NCBI GenBank assembly: GCA_024672315.1 | Contig: GCA_024672315.1_4714.1 | Length of the DNA: 64,000 bases | Reading direction: 5' to 3' (one strand) | DNA from: a phage | In this document: one piece after another, positions 36,880 through 46,451 of the stretch | Layout: every line of letters starts with the position of its first letter | Numbering within the stretch: position 1 is the stretch's first letter | Notes under the pieces: model-generated | Databases searched by the model: none | Seen by the model: only the letters and a program-made list of their open reading frames with translations | Told to the model about the DNA's origin: nothing | Position numbers and translations under genes: made by a program

Positions 36880-37155
36880 TTATTTCGAGGTTAACCACGA
36901 TTCAATTGTGGTGAGTTTGCTTCTCAGTACGCGCCAACTAGGGTGTGGTGGGATCACAGCGCCATTGTCGATTACGGTTAGCTGAACCTGGTACTTCTGT
37001 TGCATACGTGCTACCGTGTCGCTTATCGAGAGGAAAAGCTGGTAACGTTCATATGCCGTCAGTTCACTGTCCTGTTGAACTGCGTTGGCTGCTAACGTAA
37101 TTTCGCGTAAGTCCTTTGCATCCACAGAGACGGTAATGAGTTTATATTGACTCAT
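36880..37155 (-). CDS. hypothetical protein
   Basis: 91 aa; AAGGAAA RBS; perfect 8-bp hairpin 37177-37198 upstream. Confidence 0.45.
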   Translation of the reverse strand: MSQYKLITVSVDAKDLREITLAANAVQQDSELTAYERYQLFLSISDTVARMQQKYQVQLTVIDNGAVIPPHPSWRVLRSKLTTIESWLTSK

Positions 37156-37216
37156 ACGGTTTCCTTATCAACTAGGGTATTGCAAATACAATACCCGTCG
37201 TCGGACGATAAGTTAA

Positions 37217-39775
37217 TTACTGCTCATCACGTTCCAACAGATACTCGGAAGCGGTAATACCGTTTACCGTACGCACTGCTTTCAGACGAGTATCATCACT
37301 CAGAATCACGGTAACAGATTGCAGACCTTTTACTTTGGTTTCGAAGGTCTTGAACACCTGATCCAGCATACGAGCAATGCTTGGGTTGGTTGCAGCCGAT
37401 GCGTGAGTGTAACCGCTCTGGTTCAGCTTCAGAATCTTGGCGTTGGTCGGTACGCGAACAACAACATGCGGACGCATCGCGAATACGCTGTGATTGAACC
37501 AGTAAGCATCGTTGCTATCTTCGTCGGTAACGATGTCTGGATTAACACGCATATCCTCGATAGCCGCATCCGCCAAACGACGTTCGATTTCATCGGCGTC
37601 CAGAGAGCCATCTTTCTCCAGTTCTGCACGATACTCACTCATGGCGACCAGATGACGCTCACGATTCGCTGCAGATTTTTCGTGAGCGGCTTTCAGGTAG
37701 TCATGCATGTTGTACAGTTCAGCCATGGAAAGACGAATGTTCCATTGACCTTCGCCATCACGATTGCAGTAGAGACACTTCAGCATGTTGACCCAGGTGT
37801 AGTAGCAATTGGAGAATTCATCTTCAATGAACTTCTGGTCCATTTTAAGATCGTGAATCAGCCAACCGGACAGTTCTCCGATATCATCAACGAAGCTAGA
37901 GATGGTGGTTTCAGAGAAGTTCTTCGGTACGATACGTTTGATCAGCTTATTGACGTCTTTGGTCATGCTATCGTTCAGGAAATGCCAGATACGCAGAGGA
38001 ATGACATCTCGATACTGTTGCATGATCTGACGATAAGCTTTGATATCGTCGCTACGACCTTTATCAATAGACAACGCATCCAGGAATTCATGGATTGCAT
38101 CCAGCTCCTTGTCGGTATAGGTTCCCAGATAGGAATTGACCGTAGCCAGGAATGCTAATGCGTCGTTTTGGTTGACGTCGGTGTTGGTCTGCTGAATGAT
38201 TGCCACTGAAGCTTTGGTTTCAGCATCCTCAACGCTTGACGCTGCGATTGCGTCGGTGACGGTAAACAGTTTCATTTCGCGCTGCTCGCCGACAACGATT
38301 GGTTCGCGTTGAACCGGTTTGTTAAGGCTAACACGAACAACTTCTGCTTGCGCGATGCGATCCAGTTTTGCCATTTCCTGCTCTGCCATACGACGAGCGG
38401 TTGGATCTGATTCAAGTTCGATGTATTCCACTTCTTCCTCCGTGAGGGATGTAATGTCAACAATGGTTTCATGAAGAATTCCGTTTTCGTCGATACGTGC
38501 CCGACGAGCGAAGTGTCTGAAGTCATACAACGTCGGCCAACGACTATTAGGTGCAAAGTCTTTGGCTTTCAGACGCATCTGCATAAATTCTTCATGTTGA
38601 ACAACACGACCGTAACGCTTAGCATCTTCGGTCGCATCAATTGGATTAACGGTCTTTGTTACCGTAGCAGAACGAGCCGTACGAACGGGTTCCGGTTTCA
38701 CCTGCGCAGGTTCAGGTTGAACGGGTTTCTGCTGCCCAGCCTTAACATGCCATTCTGGCTCTTCGTACTGTTCAGCAAACTGTTCAGCCGCTGCAAAGAT
38801 ATCGTTGATACCACCAATATCTCCTTCAGGATTTGTCGAGTAAATCCGTGGTTGTGGTGCCTCGTAACGCGGCGCTGTAGCAGCAGGTGCATCATCAACG
38901 ATAGGATCGTCATCACCAACATCATACAAACGGTTGAACGCACAATCCTTCGAATCGATGTACGATGGCGCTTGTGGTTGAACAACCGTCGGCCGAGGTT
39001 GTGCGCCGTATCCTGGCGTTGTTGGAGCCATACCACGCATAACTGCCGGATTAGGCTGGTATTGCGGTTGCGGATAGGTTCCACCATACATGGCGTACGC
39101 TGGCTGTTGTGGTTGACCGTACCCGCCACTAACCATCGCGCTTGCTTGCGGGCCACGATAAGTCATCCCCATCTGCATCACCTGCTGCTTCAAACCACGT
39201 GACTTCTGCGCGATTTGTGCCAGGCTCCCGCTTTTATTCAGCTGCGTGTACTTATTCGCGGCTTCCGGGTTAATGCGTGATAATTCAATCGCGCGATAAT
39301 ATTCCGGGTACTGATTCGGTTCAAAGAGCCACGTTACAAGATGATACAGCGCAACTGTGCTCACGGCAGCAGAGACGATCTGGTCGTCGGACGCGTTCTG
39401 CGGCATCGGGTTGATGTAAGAGAACACGTTCCAACAACAGTCTTCAACAAGCGATTCCATCATCATATCGTTATTGGTATAACGTGCGACGAATTCGGTT
39501 TGTATTTTGTCTTGCTGAGCGAAGTCTTTCAGGACATTAAAGATAGCTTGACGGATTTTGACGATCGTTGCTTCTTGGGTGATGAAGTTATAGTTCTGCT
39601 GATATGAGGGTTGTTGGTATTGTGGTGGTTGATAGGCGTTATTCGGATATGCGCCGTACGGCGATTGCTGATACTGTTGCTGACGAACCTGTTCAGCCGC
39701 ATAATTAACCGTGCTCGTATAAGGGTTTTCGCTATAGCCCATTTGTTGATACATGTTGTTACTGCCATTATACAT
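37217..39775 (-). CDS. hypothetical protein with Gln/Tyr/Pro-rich low-complexity regions
   Basis: 852 aa; AAGGAT RBS; N-terminal ~70 aa and residues ~205-285 are Q/Y/P/N-rich. Confidence 0.55.
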   Translation of the reverse strand: MYNGSNNMYQQMGYSENPYTSTVNYAAEQVRQQQYQQSPYGAYPNNAYQPPQYQQPSYQQNYNFITQEATIVKIRQAIFNVLKDFAQQDKIQTEFVARYTNNDMMMESLVEDCCWNVFSYINPMPQNASDDQIVSAAVSTVALYHLVTWLFEPNQYPEYYRAIELSRINPEAANKYTQLNKSGSLAQIAQKSRGLKQQVMQMGMTYRGPQASAMVSGGYGQPQQPAYAMYGGTYPQPQYQPNPAVMRGMAPTTPGYGAQPRPTVVQPQAPSYIDSKDCAFNRLYDVGDDDPIVDDAPAATAPRYEAPQPRIYSTNPEGDIGGINDIFAAAEQFAEQYEEPEWHVKAGQQKPVQPEPAQVKPEPVRTARSATVTKTVNPIDATEDAKRYGRVVQHEEFMQMRLKAKDFAPNSRWPTLYDFRHFARRARIDENGILHETIVDITSLTEEEVEYIELESDPTARRMAEQEMAKLDRIAQAEVVRVSLNKPVQREPIVVGEQREMKLFTVTDAIAASSVEDAETKASVAIIQQTNTDVNQNDALAFLATVNSYLGTYTDKELDAIHEFLDALSIDKGRSDDIKAYRQIMQQYRDVIPLRIWHFLNDSMTKDVNKLIKRIVPKNFSETTISSFVDDIGELSGWLIHDLKMDQKFIEDEFSNCYYTWVNMLKCLYCNRDGEGQWNIRLSMAELYNMHDYLKAAHEKSAANRERHLVAMSEYRAELEKDGSLDADEIERRLADAAIEDMRVNPDIVTDEDSNDAYWFNHSVFAMRPHVVVRVPTNAKILKLNQSGYTHASAATNPSIARMLDQVFKTFETKVKGLQSVTVILSDDTRLKAVRTVNGITASEYLLERDEQ

Positions 39776-39809
39776 TTCTTACGATCCTTTTTATTTATTC
39801 GGTTATGTG

Positions 39810-41606
39810 TCAATCGATTATGTCGTGATCGTTAATTTCTACAATTTCTTCATCGAATCGACCGACGTCTTTCTTCAAGCCTGCATTGGTTGCTGCAACG
39901 TCATTTGCAATTTGTGGAGTAATGATTAACCGACCACGCTCGTCGATAGGTGCGTACATACTGAACTTCTGACGTCCGGTTGGTTCGGAGTGCGGAAGAT
40001 TCAGATAGCTTGCACAGAACGGGATGGAACCACTAACCAAACGACTCTCGTCAGCCAATGCAGCACCGCCTGCATTTTGGCTCTGGAGAACAACATGTGT
40101 GCTCACTTTGAACAGCATGCAATCACCAGGTGACTGAATCGATGTTGCCACTTTCTCACGTTTATCACGATTGCTCTGGATATTGAGAATCGCTTCCGTT
40201 GCAACTTGATTTCGCAACGCCTTCTGTACATCGCGATTGGTCATCTCTTTACGGTTGTTCTGTCGTTTACCACGTTCTGTGGTTTTAAGATGGAACCCCA
40301 GTTTAAAGATGCTCTTACGCACATCCTCCATGACATATTCCAACACCATCAGTTCCTTACCGAACATCGTCGTGGTATCAACACGACTCATTTCGATAGT
40401 AACATTATCAATCAGATACGCCATAAATTCGTAGAAGTCGTCGCAAGGAATATTTTCCTGTTTGAACTTCTTCTGTTGAATCTCGTCAACGTAAAGATCG
40501 AGACTGTCGATGTGGTGGTTTACATCACGCAACAAACGCGCATCCGCATTGTTGTTATTAAAGATAATCAAACCGAGTAATGTACGCCAATGGTCTGGCG
40601 CATTCGCGAACTCTTCAACCGGATAGTCTTCCGGAAAACGATCGTAATAACGGTCGATGAGATATAAGAACGCACCGACAAGGCCAAGAACAATACGTTC
40701 CGTGCCTCCACGTCTTACAGCGATTTGAATATCAGGATGTTTATAACGTACAGCGCTAGCGCTACGGCTTTTACCGCTTTTGCTGATACTAAAGCCTTTA
40801 GGAATAACCCCCATGGTGCGATAGATTACCCATTGGTCGCGCGGAAAATCACGTTCAGCAAGGTTCCGTCCGGTTACGGCTTCGACACCTGCAAAACGTC
40901 GGAAACACTCACCCACCCCGTACTTCGCAAAGAGATAGTGACCCAGTGTGGTTACGCTGGTGTGGTTGATGTTGTCACCGTTCACTTTACTTTGTTTGGT
41001 AAGATGATAGATTTGCGACCAGGGTAATGACAGGTAATGACGATAATCGATACCGGTCGGTGTATCATTGCTCAGGAACTGATACGGTGTACGTTTAACC
41101 GTGATTTTGTCACGCGGAAGCATGATGAACGCCATGTCTTTCGTGTAACTGATTACCGGGTCAGCGAGCACCGCACTGAGAATGAAGTTCGCACCACGTA
41201 GACGCATTTTACCACCCTGACCTACCGCGGGTAATAGGAGAGGGTGTCGGATAATGCAGTAGTCCTTTCCGGGTTCACGACGGTCACCTGATTCCATCGC
41301 GCCGTACCAGCGGAATTCTAGCATCACCATAAACACATCGGAAGGCGCAAGGTCGAAGGTCAGCTTACCGCTATCCTTCCCTTTGGTTTTCTTTCCTCCG
41401 CTTAAGTAGTGGAACTGTTCGCGGGCCATACAGCGACGCAGGCCATGATACACCAGATCCTTAGGTAAACTATCTTTGCTGTTCCGCCAAAGACGATCAA
41501 CATAGGACTCAACATCTTGCATCTTATCGACGACGATGTTGCGTGCTATCTTCTCGTTCATCTTCGGTGCAAGCTCAGCGACAGCTTTGCAGAATCTAGG
41601 ATCCAT
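39810..41606 (-). CDS. hypothetical protein
   Basis: Track start 41609 is GTG; ATG 41606 with AAAGGAG RBS; 598 aa; no polymerase or ligase motifs. Confidence 0.55.
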   Translation of the reverse strand: MDPRFCKAVAELAPKMNEKIARNIVVDKMQDVESYVDRLWRNSKDSLPKDLVYHGLRRCMAREQFHYLSGGKKTKGKDSGKLTFDLAPSDVFMVMLEFRWYGAMESGDRREPGKDYCIIRHPLLLPAVGQGGKMRLRGANFILSAVLADPVISYTKDMAFIMLPRDKITVKRTPYQFLSNDTPTGIDYRHYLSLPWSQIYHLTKQSKVNGDNINHTSVTTLGHYLFAKYGVGECFRRFAGVEAVTGRNLAERDFPRDQWVIYRTMGVIPKGFSISKSGKSRSASAVRYKHPDIQIAVRRGGTERIVLGLVGAFLYLIDRYYDRFPEDYPVEEFANAPDHWRTLLGLIIFNNNNADARLLRDVNHHIDSLDLYVDEIQQKKFKQENIPCDDFYEFMAYLIDNVTIEMSRVDTTTMFGKELMVLEYVMEDVRKSIFKLGFHLKTTERGKRQNNRKEMTNRDVQKALRNQVATEAILNIQSNRDKREKVATSIQSPGDCMLFKVSTHVVLQSQNAGGAALADESRLVSGSIPFCASYLNLPHSEPTGRQKFSMYAPIDERGRLIITPQIANDVAATNAGLKKDVGRFDEEIVEINDHDIID

Positions 41607-41645
41607 CACACACTCCTTTCAGAAAGTTGCTTAAGCAGATTAAAG

Positions 41646-43082
41646 TTACTTTTTCGATGACGCCTTCTCAAGAATCTTGAAAAAGGTCATACCTATACCG
41701 ACAACGGCCGCAGTTATACTCGCAGCGGCTTTCCAAACATCGACGTTACGTTGACGTCGCGCTTCTTCCGCTTCACGTTGTCTTTTTGCCTCTTCATCAC
41801 GTCGGCGTATCTCGGCAGCAAACTCGTCGTGCTTACGTTTGGATTCTTCGTCTCGACGACGAAGTTCAGCGACGAATTCTTCATGTTTGCGTTTAGCCTC
41901 GTCATCACGACGTTTTAAATCAGCTTGATAATCTTCGTGTATTTGTTTACGTAGATCATCTTGACGTTTCATTTCGGCTTGGTGTTGTTCCATCCTACGT
42001 TTTTGTTCGTCTTTAAGCTGATCGAGTTCGGCTTTATGTTGTTCATCGCGCAGCTTTGCGTCGGCGCGATGCGCCTCATGCATCTGCGCGATAACTGCCT
42101 TGTGTTCATCCGCCATACGTCGCATTTCAGCCATCACCCCTTTAAGGGTTTCTTCTGATGCCTTACGTTCGTAGCTACGCTGGTCGAAATCATTTTTGTA
42201 GGCTTCTTTTTGGATGGGGTCGCGCCAATGCAATGCCGATTCACGTGTCGGAAAAACATTGTACTTCCACATCTCTTTTTCCAAATCTTCGACCGGTACG
42301 AAGATGGAGTCATTATTCCCGAAGGTAACCAACATACCTGGCGCGCCTGCTCCATTCGTTGGTTTTATTTCGAACGCTTTCCCCAGCACGTTAACCCATA
42401 AGCTATACGGATTATGAAAGTCGGGTGGCGTCCAATGGATAGTGAGTTGCGTTCCGAGAATTCGGAAACCCTCTGTTTTTCCCGTCAAGCTCCGCGCGCA
42501 CGTTGCGATGTAGGGGTGATCAATCCCTTTCGTAACGTGGTCTGCGCTTTTGTATTCTCCTTTAACTTTTACGATTGCCACGTTGATTTGCGCGACATAA
42601 GCGGGTTGATTAAAGTTCAACGTGTTGAGGTCAATTTGACATATTTCATCCAGCGTATCGTACCAGTCTTGCTGGTCTAATAGGCGCGGCATTTTCTCGG
42701 TGTTAACAATACGACGGATATGCGGTTTCCTTATCGCGTAACCTGTGCCGTTTTTAACACGGAGTATATCCCGACGTCTACCCGCGTAGACGAAGTTTCT
42801 GAATGCACCATTCGCATTAGATACGTCATGGCTGTCAACTATTACAGGACTACGAAATTTTGAACGTCGTACGATCCTGAATGTATTGCCGTCCTCAACC
42901 CTACCAGGAATGTACTGGAACATATTGTCGGAGGTGATAACCAACACGGTATGGCCAGATTCATTAATACATGCCCATCCTAATTCCAGGTCATATAACG
43001 GTTCAGCATAACCGTCAATGCGATAAGCGTGCGTACCATCCCACGGTTCGAACGCCGTATCACATATTGGCATGGAGGGCAT
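41646..43082 (-). CDS. tail-anchored protein with charged Glu/Arg/Lys-rich helical repeats
   Basis: Track start 43088 is TTG; ATG 43082 with GGAGG RBS; tandem ~18-aa repeats; C-terminal TM AAASITAAVVGIGMTFF; conserved promoter motif ~150 nt upstream. Confidence 0.55.
   Translation of the reverse strand: MPSMPICDTAFEPWDGTHAYRIDGYAEPLYDLELGWACINESGHTVLVITSDNMFQYIPGRVEDGNTFRIVRRSKFRSPVIVDSHDVSNANGAFRNFVYAGRRRDILRVKNGTGYAIRKPHIRRIVNTEKMPRLLDQQDWYDTLDEICQIDLNTLNFNQPAYVAQINVAIVKVKGEYKSADHVTKGIDHPYIATCARSLTGKTEGFRILGTQLTIHWTPPDFHNPYSLWVNVLGKAFEIKPTNGAGAPGMLVTFGNNDSIFVPVEDLEKEMWKYNVFPTRESALHWRDPIQKEAYKNDFDQRSYERKASEETLKGVMAEMRRMADEHKAVIAQMHEAHRADAKLRDEQHKAELDQLKDEQKRRMEQHQAEMKRQDDLRKQIHEDYQADLKRRDDEAKRKHEEFVAELRRRDEESKRKHDEFAAEIRRRDEEAKRQREAEEARRQRNVDVWKAAASITAAVVGIGMTFFKILEKASSKK
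41736..41906 (-). repeat. tandem ~54-nt coding repeats
   Basis: Encode DLKRRDDEAKRKHEEFVAE / LRRRDEESKRKHDEFAAE / IRRRDEEAKRQ. Confidence 0.6.
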
Positions 43083-43232
43083 CGTCAACCTCCATCTGAT
43101 TGAAAACTATCACGCATAACGCATTTCCCTTTTCTTGTTCTTATCGAGCCGACAGCCGACGGTTTCAGTATCGTTCCTAGCGCGAGAACGACCTTACGTG
43201 TTGTCTATGCCTTATTCATCGCAGGCGTCTGT

Positions 43233-43256
43233 CACCTAGGTAATGTAAGCGTCAAA
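43233..43256 (-). promoter_or_regulatory. conserved motif, candidate promoter for gene 41646-43082
   Basis: CACCTAGGTAATGTAAGCGTCAAA, ~150 nt upstream of ATG. Confidence 0.45.
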
Positions 43257-43290
43257 TTTTTTCTATTCGCAACGATAAACGGCATAGAAA

Positions 43291-43320
43291 CCTCCCCCAA
43301 CCCTTACGGGCTGAGGGAGG
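43291..43320 (-). terminator. CCTCC-family hairpin H6 downstream of major virion protein gene
   Basis: CCTCCC ... CCC-TTAC-GGG ... GGGAGG, about 100 nt past stop; promoter motif 35 nt further on minus strand. Confidence 0.55.
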
Positions 43321-43419
43321 CTGACTTATGTATCACGGTGCCGGATGAATGTCCGGTGCAATGAAACCATCCGCAACGTTGTCGTCAAGAATATCATCCA
43401 ACGAAGCAGCTACGGTAGT

Positions 43420-45642
43420 TCAGTTAGTCTGAACAGGCAGCTTGATGTTTTCAGTGTAGACCTTACGCAGGTTCACAACGTTAATCAGACCCAGCAGCGG
43501 GCAGTTGTTAACGAAGCGGCAGCGCGGCTGAACCATGGTTTCTTTAGAAACCTGACCGTTACGGGTAACCTGAGCAACAGATACCAGTTCCGGTACATAC
43601 AGGAACATACCGAAGGTCAGCGGATCCGGAGAACCCTGGATACCACGAGACAGGGTCACGAAGATCTTATCACGCAGCATGACGTTCGGGTTATCTACAA
43701 CCACGAAGTTGAAGCTTACACCAACGGTACGGAAATCACCATCGGTCTGCAGGAACTGCGGGATGTAGTTGTCAGTTGCTACTACGCAACGCGGTTTCTC
43801 ATCAGCGTTGGAAGACAGCAGCTGCAGAGCTGGCTGATAACCAGACTCGGAGTACATGCGGTATGCCATTTCACGAATCACGTTCATGATCGCAGCAGAC
43901 ACTTCAGCACGACGTTCTGCAGTGGTGGTACCCTGAACAGATTTCTCCAGGTCCAGATTGATTTCTTCGAACCACGGACGGATCAGGTAACGACCGAAAC
44001 CTTCGATCTGGATGTCGCCGAACTGACGGAAGCGAGAGGTCGCAACCGCTTTCAGTGCGTCTTTGTAGCTGAACAGTTTCTCAACCATCAGGTTGTCGAA
44101 ACGTGCGTTAGCAGCCTGGATCAGAACGTCCAGGTCAGCAGCGTTTTCTTCCCAATCCAGCGGACGAGGAATGGAGAACGGAGCCAGCAGGCCGATTGCG
44201 TAACGTTCTTGCTTCATGTTGAAGTCAAGGTGCTTACCGCGTTCACGACGGTTGCTGTTGTTACGACGGATACGCAGTTCGTAACCAACCAGTTTGAAGC
44301 TCAGGTCTTCAGCCAGCTGTTTGAACTCTTCGCTCTTACGCGGTTGTTCGATGTTGTCCTGATCAACCAGGCGATACAGTTCAGCGTTAGCGCCGTTAAC
44401 ACGCAGACCGGCTTTCTCTACGTTGGAAGAACCGTAAACTTCGATTGCCAGCTGAGCAGCGGATTTCGAATCGATGATGTCCTGCAGCGCTTCAGCTCGT
44501 GCACCTTTAACGTCAACGGTGTGCTCATCAACGAAGATGGAGTGGGTGTCGAACGCCAGGGTCATTTTGCGGAAGTCGCCTTCCAGGGATTTCTGGAAAC
44601 CGTTGGTGATCAGACCAGATACGTCGAACGGTACGTAAGAGGTTTTGCTGTGCTTGGTAGATTTGATTTCCACCAGGATTTTGGTCAGCGTGATCTGAGC
44701 ATCCAGCGCATCGGTGTTGTCGCTGTAACCGTTAGCCAGAATGCTATCGTCTTCAGCGATACCGATCATGTCGATCAGTTTATCAACAGCCAGGTAAGAC
44801 GTTTTATAAGTTACGCCTTTAATTTCGATGTCGCGCGGAGCAACGATAGTTTTGTCAACGAAGTACTGCGCGTTAGCATCGTCAGCACGATAGATCGGAT
44901 GCAGATCGGTCACGTCGTTGGACAGAACGTCGTTGTACATGAACGCATCCAGCAGCGGACGACGTACCCAATCAGCCGGAGTACCGTCAGCGTTACGGCG
45001 CAGGTGGTTGAACACCAGCGGACGACGGAAAGATACATCGTAACCGATCTGGTTCGGAGCCAGAACGATGGTGTTGTACAGTTCGTTACCCATGCGGCTC
45101 AGACGAGAAGCCTTCACGTTGAACACAACGGAGTACGGCATCATGTCACGCAGTTCTTTCTGGTCGTAGGACAGCTGAACCAGTTCTTCAGATTCGCAAC
45201 CGCAGGAATCAGCAGCCATCATGACGAAGTTAGAGCTGTCAACTTCACGGCCAGACGGAGTGGTGCTGATGTTCATGGAACGTGCTTGTTTAGCATATTC
45301 CACCGGGTTGCCATGAGCCAGCATGATCAGTGCTGCTGCACGAGCCTGCTGTGCGTTCATGGTGAACAGCTGTTCTTCAATACGCTGCTTCTCTTCCGGA
45401 GTGGTGGTTTCGAAGCCCAGCATGGACAGAACCGGTTCTTCTGCTTTACGGATGTCGCTGCTGAAGCTCTTAACATCCATTTCGTTAACCAGTTTGTCCA
45501 TGGATTTGAAATCAACCTTAGAAGCAGATTCCATAGACAGGAAGGTGTTCTCCAGACCTTTGTCTGCTGGTTTGCTACCATTAGCGGTCAGGAACTGGCG
45601 AGTGGCCGCGACCTGTTGGCTAAGAAGGGTTTTATCATTCAT
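43420..45642 (-). CDS. major virion structural protein, tentatively major capsid (tail sheath not excluded)
   Basis: 740 aa; extreme enterobacterial codon bias; AAGGAT RBS; size fits large-phage capsid proteins; N-terminal ~160 aa contain several S/A/G-x-E sites. Confidence 0.45.
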   Translation of the reverse strand: MNDKTLLSQQVAATRQFLTANGSKPADKGLENTFLSMESASKVDFKSMDKLVNEMDVKSFSSDIRKAEEPVLSMLGFETTTPEEKQRIEEQLFTMNAQQARAAALIMLAHGNPVEYAKQARSMNISTTPSGREVDSSNFVMMAADSCGCESEELVQLSYDQKELRDMMPYSVVFNVKASRLSRMGNELYNTIVLAPNQIGYDVSFRRPLVFNHLRRNADGTPADWVRRPLLDAFMYNDVLSNDVTDLHPIYRADDANAQYFVDKTIVAPRDIEIKGVTYKTSYLAVDKLIDMIGIAEDDSILANGYSDNTDALDAQITLTKILVEIKSTKHSKTSYVPFDVSGLITNGFQKSLEGDFRKMTLAFDTHSIFVDEHTVDVKGARAEALQDIIDSKSAAQLAIEVYGSSNVEKAGLRVNGANAELYRLVDQDNIEQPRKSEEFKQLAEDLSFKLVGYELRIRRNNSNRRERGKHLDFNMKQERYAIGLLAPFSIPRPLDWEENAADLDVLIQAANARFDNLMVEKLFSYKDALKAVATSRFRQFGDIQIEGFGRYLIRPWFEEINLDLEKSVQGTTTAERRAEVSAAIMNVIREMAYRMYSESGYQPALQLLSSNADEKPRCVVATDNYIPQFLQTDGDFRTVGVSFNFVVVDNPNVMLRDKIFVTLSRGIQGSPDPLTFGMFLYVPELVSVAQVTRNGQVSKETMVQPRCRFVNNCPLLGLINVVNLRKVYTENIKLPVQTN

Positions 45643-45791
45643 TGAAAGTATCCTTTACAGAATTAACTTATATAAGTCGGTCGATAGACCATAGCGTACA
45701 CGCGTGCATGCGCCACTATAGTATCAGTAAACACTTACCGTTATTGAGGTCGTGATACAACACTAAAAATGCCGCATAACTTTTCCCTACG

Positions 45792-46412
45792 TCACAAACG
45801 ACGCAGGCGATAATGGATGGAACGATTGGTGCAATATGAACGGAACAGCGGCAATTGCGCAACTTCCGCAAGACTCATATTAATTCGCAGGTGTTCAATA
45901 ACGGCGCTGTAGTTATCAGCAATACGATCGCTCAATAACTCTTCTGCCAATAAAGGAAGACAATCGACAACAATCGCGATCACATCCTCATTAACATAAC
46001 GCACCCGAACACTCAACGGACGTTTGTCTGGGCTGTAAGTTGGATCCGCCAAACGACGTTCAATATCACGCGGATAGCTCGTCAGTAAATGGTAATAACC
46101 ATTGTCATAACGATTGATGTACTCACACAGCACATCAACATTCTTCTCTGGCGGCAAACCTGTTTCGTCATAGTGATACGCAAACATACCACCAAGCAAG
46201 TTGTTAAGATGAACCGCAGGGTTCGCTTGTTCGTGTTCTTTCGTGATGAAGAAAGGCACGTTCTGGGCTGCGAAATAAAAACCTACATCATTGGGCGATA
46301 GTATGCCGAAAAGACTTTTAGGGTCTAATAACACCTGTAAGTCATCACGCGCATTTCGAATAATCGCGTGTTCTACCCAATTCGGAACGACGAGATATCG
46401 GAGTTCCTTCAT
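45792..46412 (-). CDS. hypothetical protein
   Basis: 206 aa; ATG with AGAGG RBS; divergent from helicase gene. Confidence 0.5.
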   Translation of the reverse strand: MKELRYLVVPNWVEHAIIRNARDDLQVLLDPKSLFGILSPNDVGFYFAAQNVPFFITKEHEQANPAVHLNNLLGGMFAYHYDETGLPPEKNVDVLCEYINRYDNGYYHLLTSYPRDIERRLADPTYSPDKRPLSVRVRYVNEDVIAIVVDCLPLLAEELLSDRIADNYSAVIEHLRINMSLAEVAQLPLFRSYCTNRSIHYRLRRL

Positions 46413-46451
46413 TATGATTACCTCTTTGCAAGTATCGAAAGGATTGAGTCG

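Noticed and set aside
37319-39202. Plus-strand ORFs of 279 and 243 aa
   Set aside because: Antisense to the 852-aa gene, which has a proper RBS; Arg/Cys/Trp-rich composition typical of shadow frames.
39810-41606. Multisubunit RNA polymerase subunit, chimallin or tubulin among the large unknowns
   Set aside because: No NADFDGD-type catalytic motif, no beta-subunit GDK/RHGNKG block, no tubulin GGGTGSG loop in any ORF here; cannot be supported from sequence.
43345-45645. 766-aa plus-strand ORF
   Set aside because: Exact antisense shadow of the highly expressed gene 43420-45642; odd V/F/Q-rich composition; no RBS.
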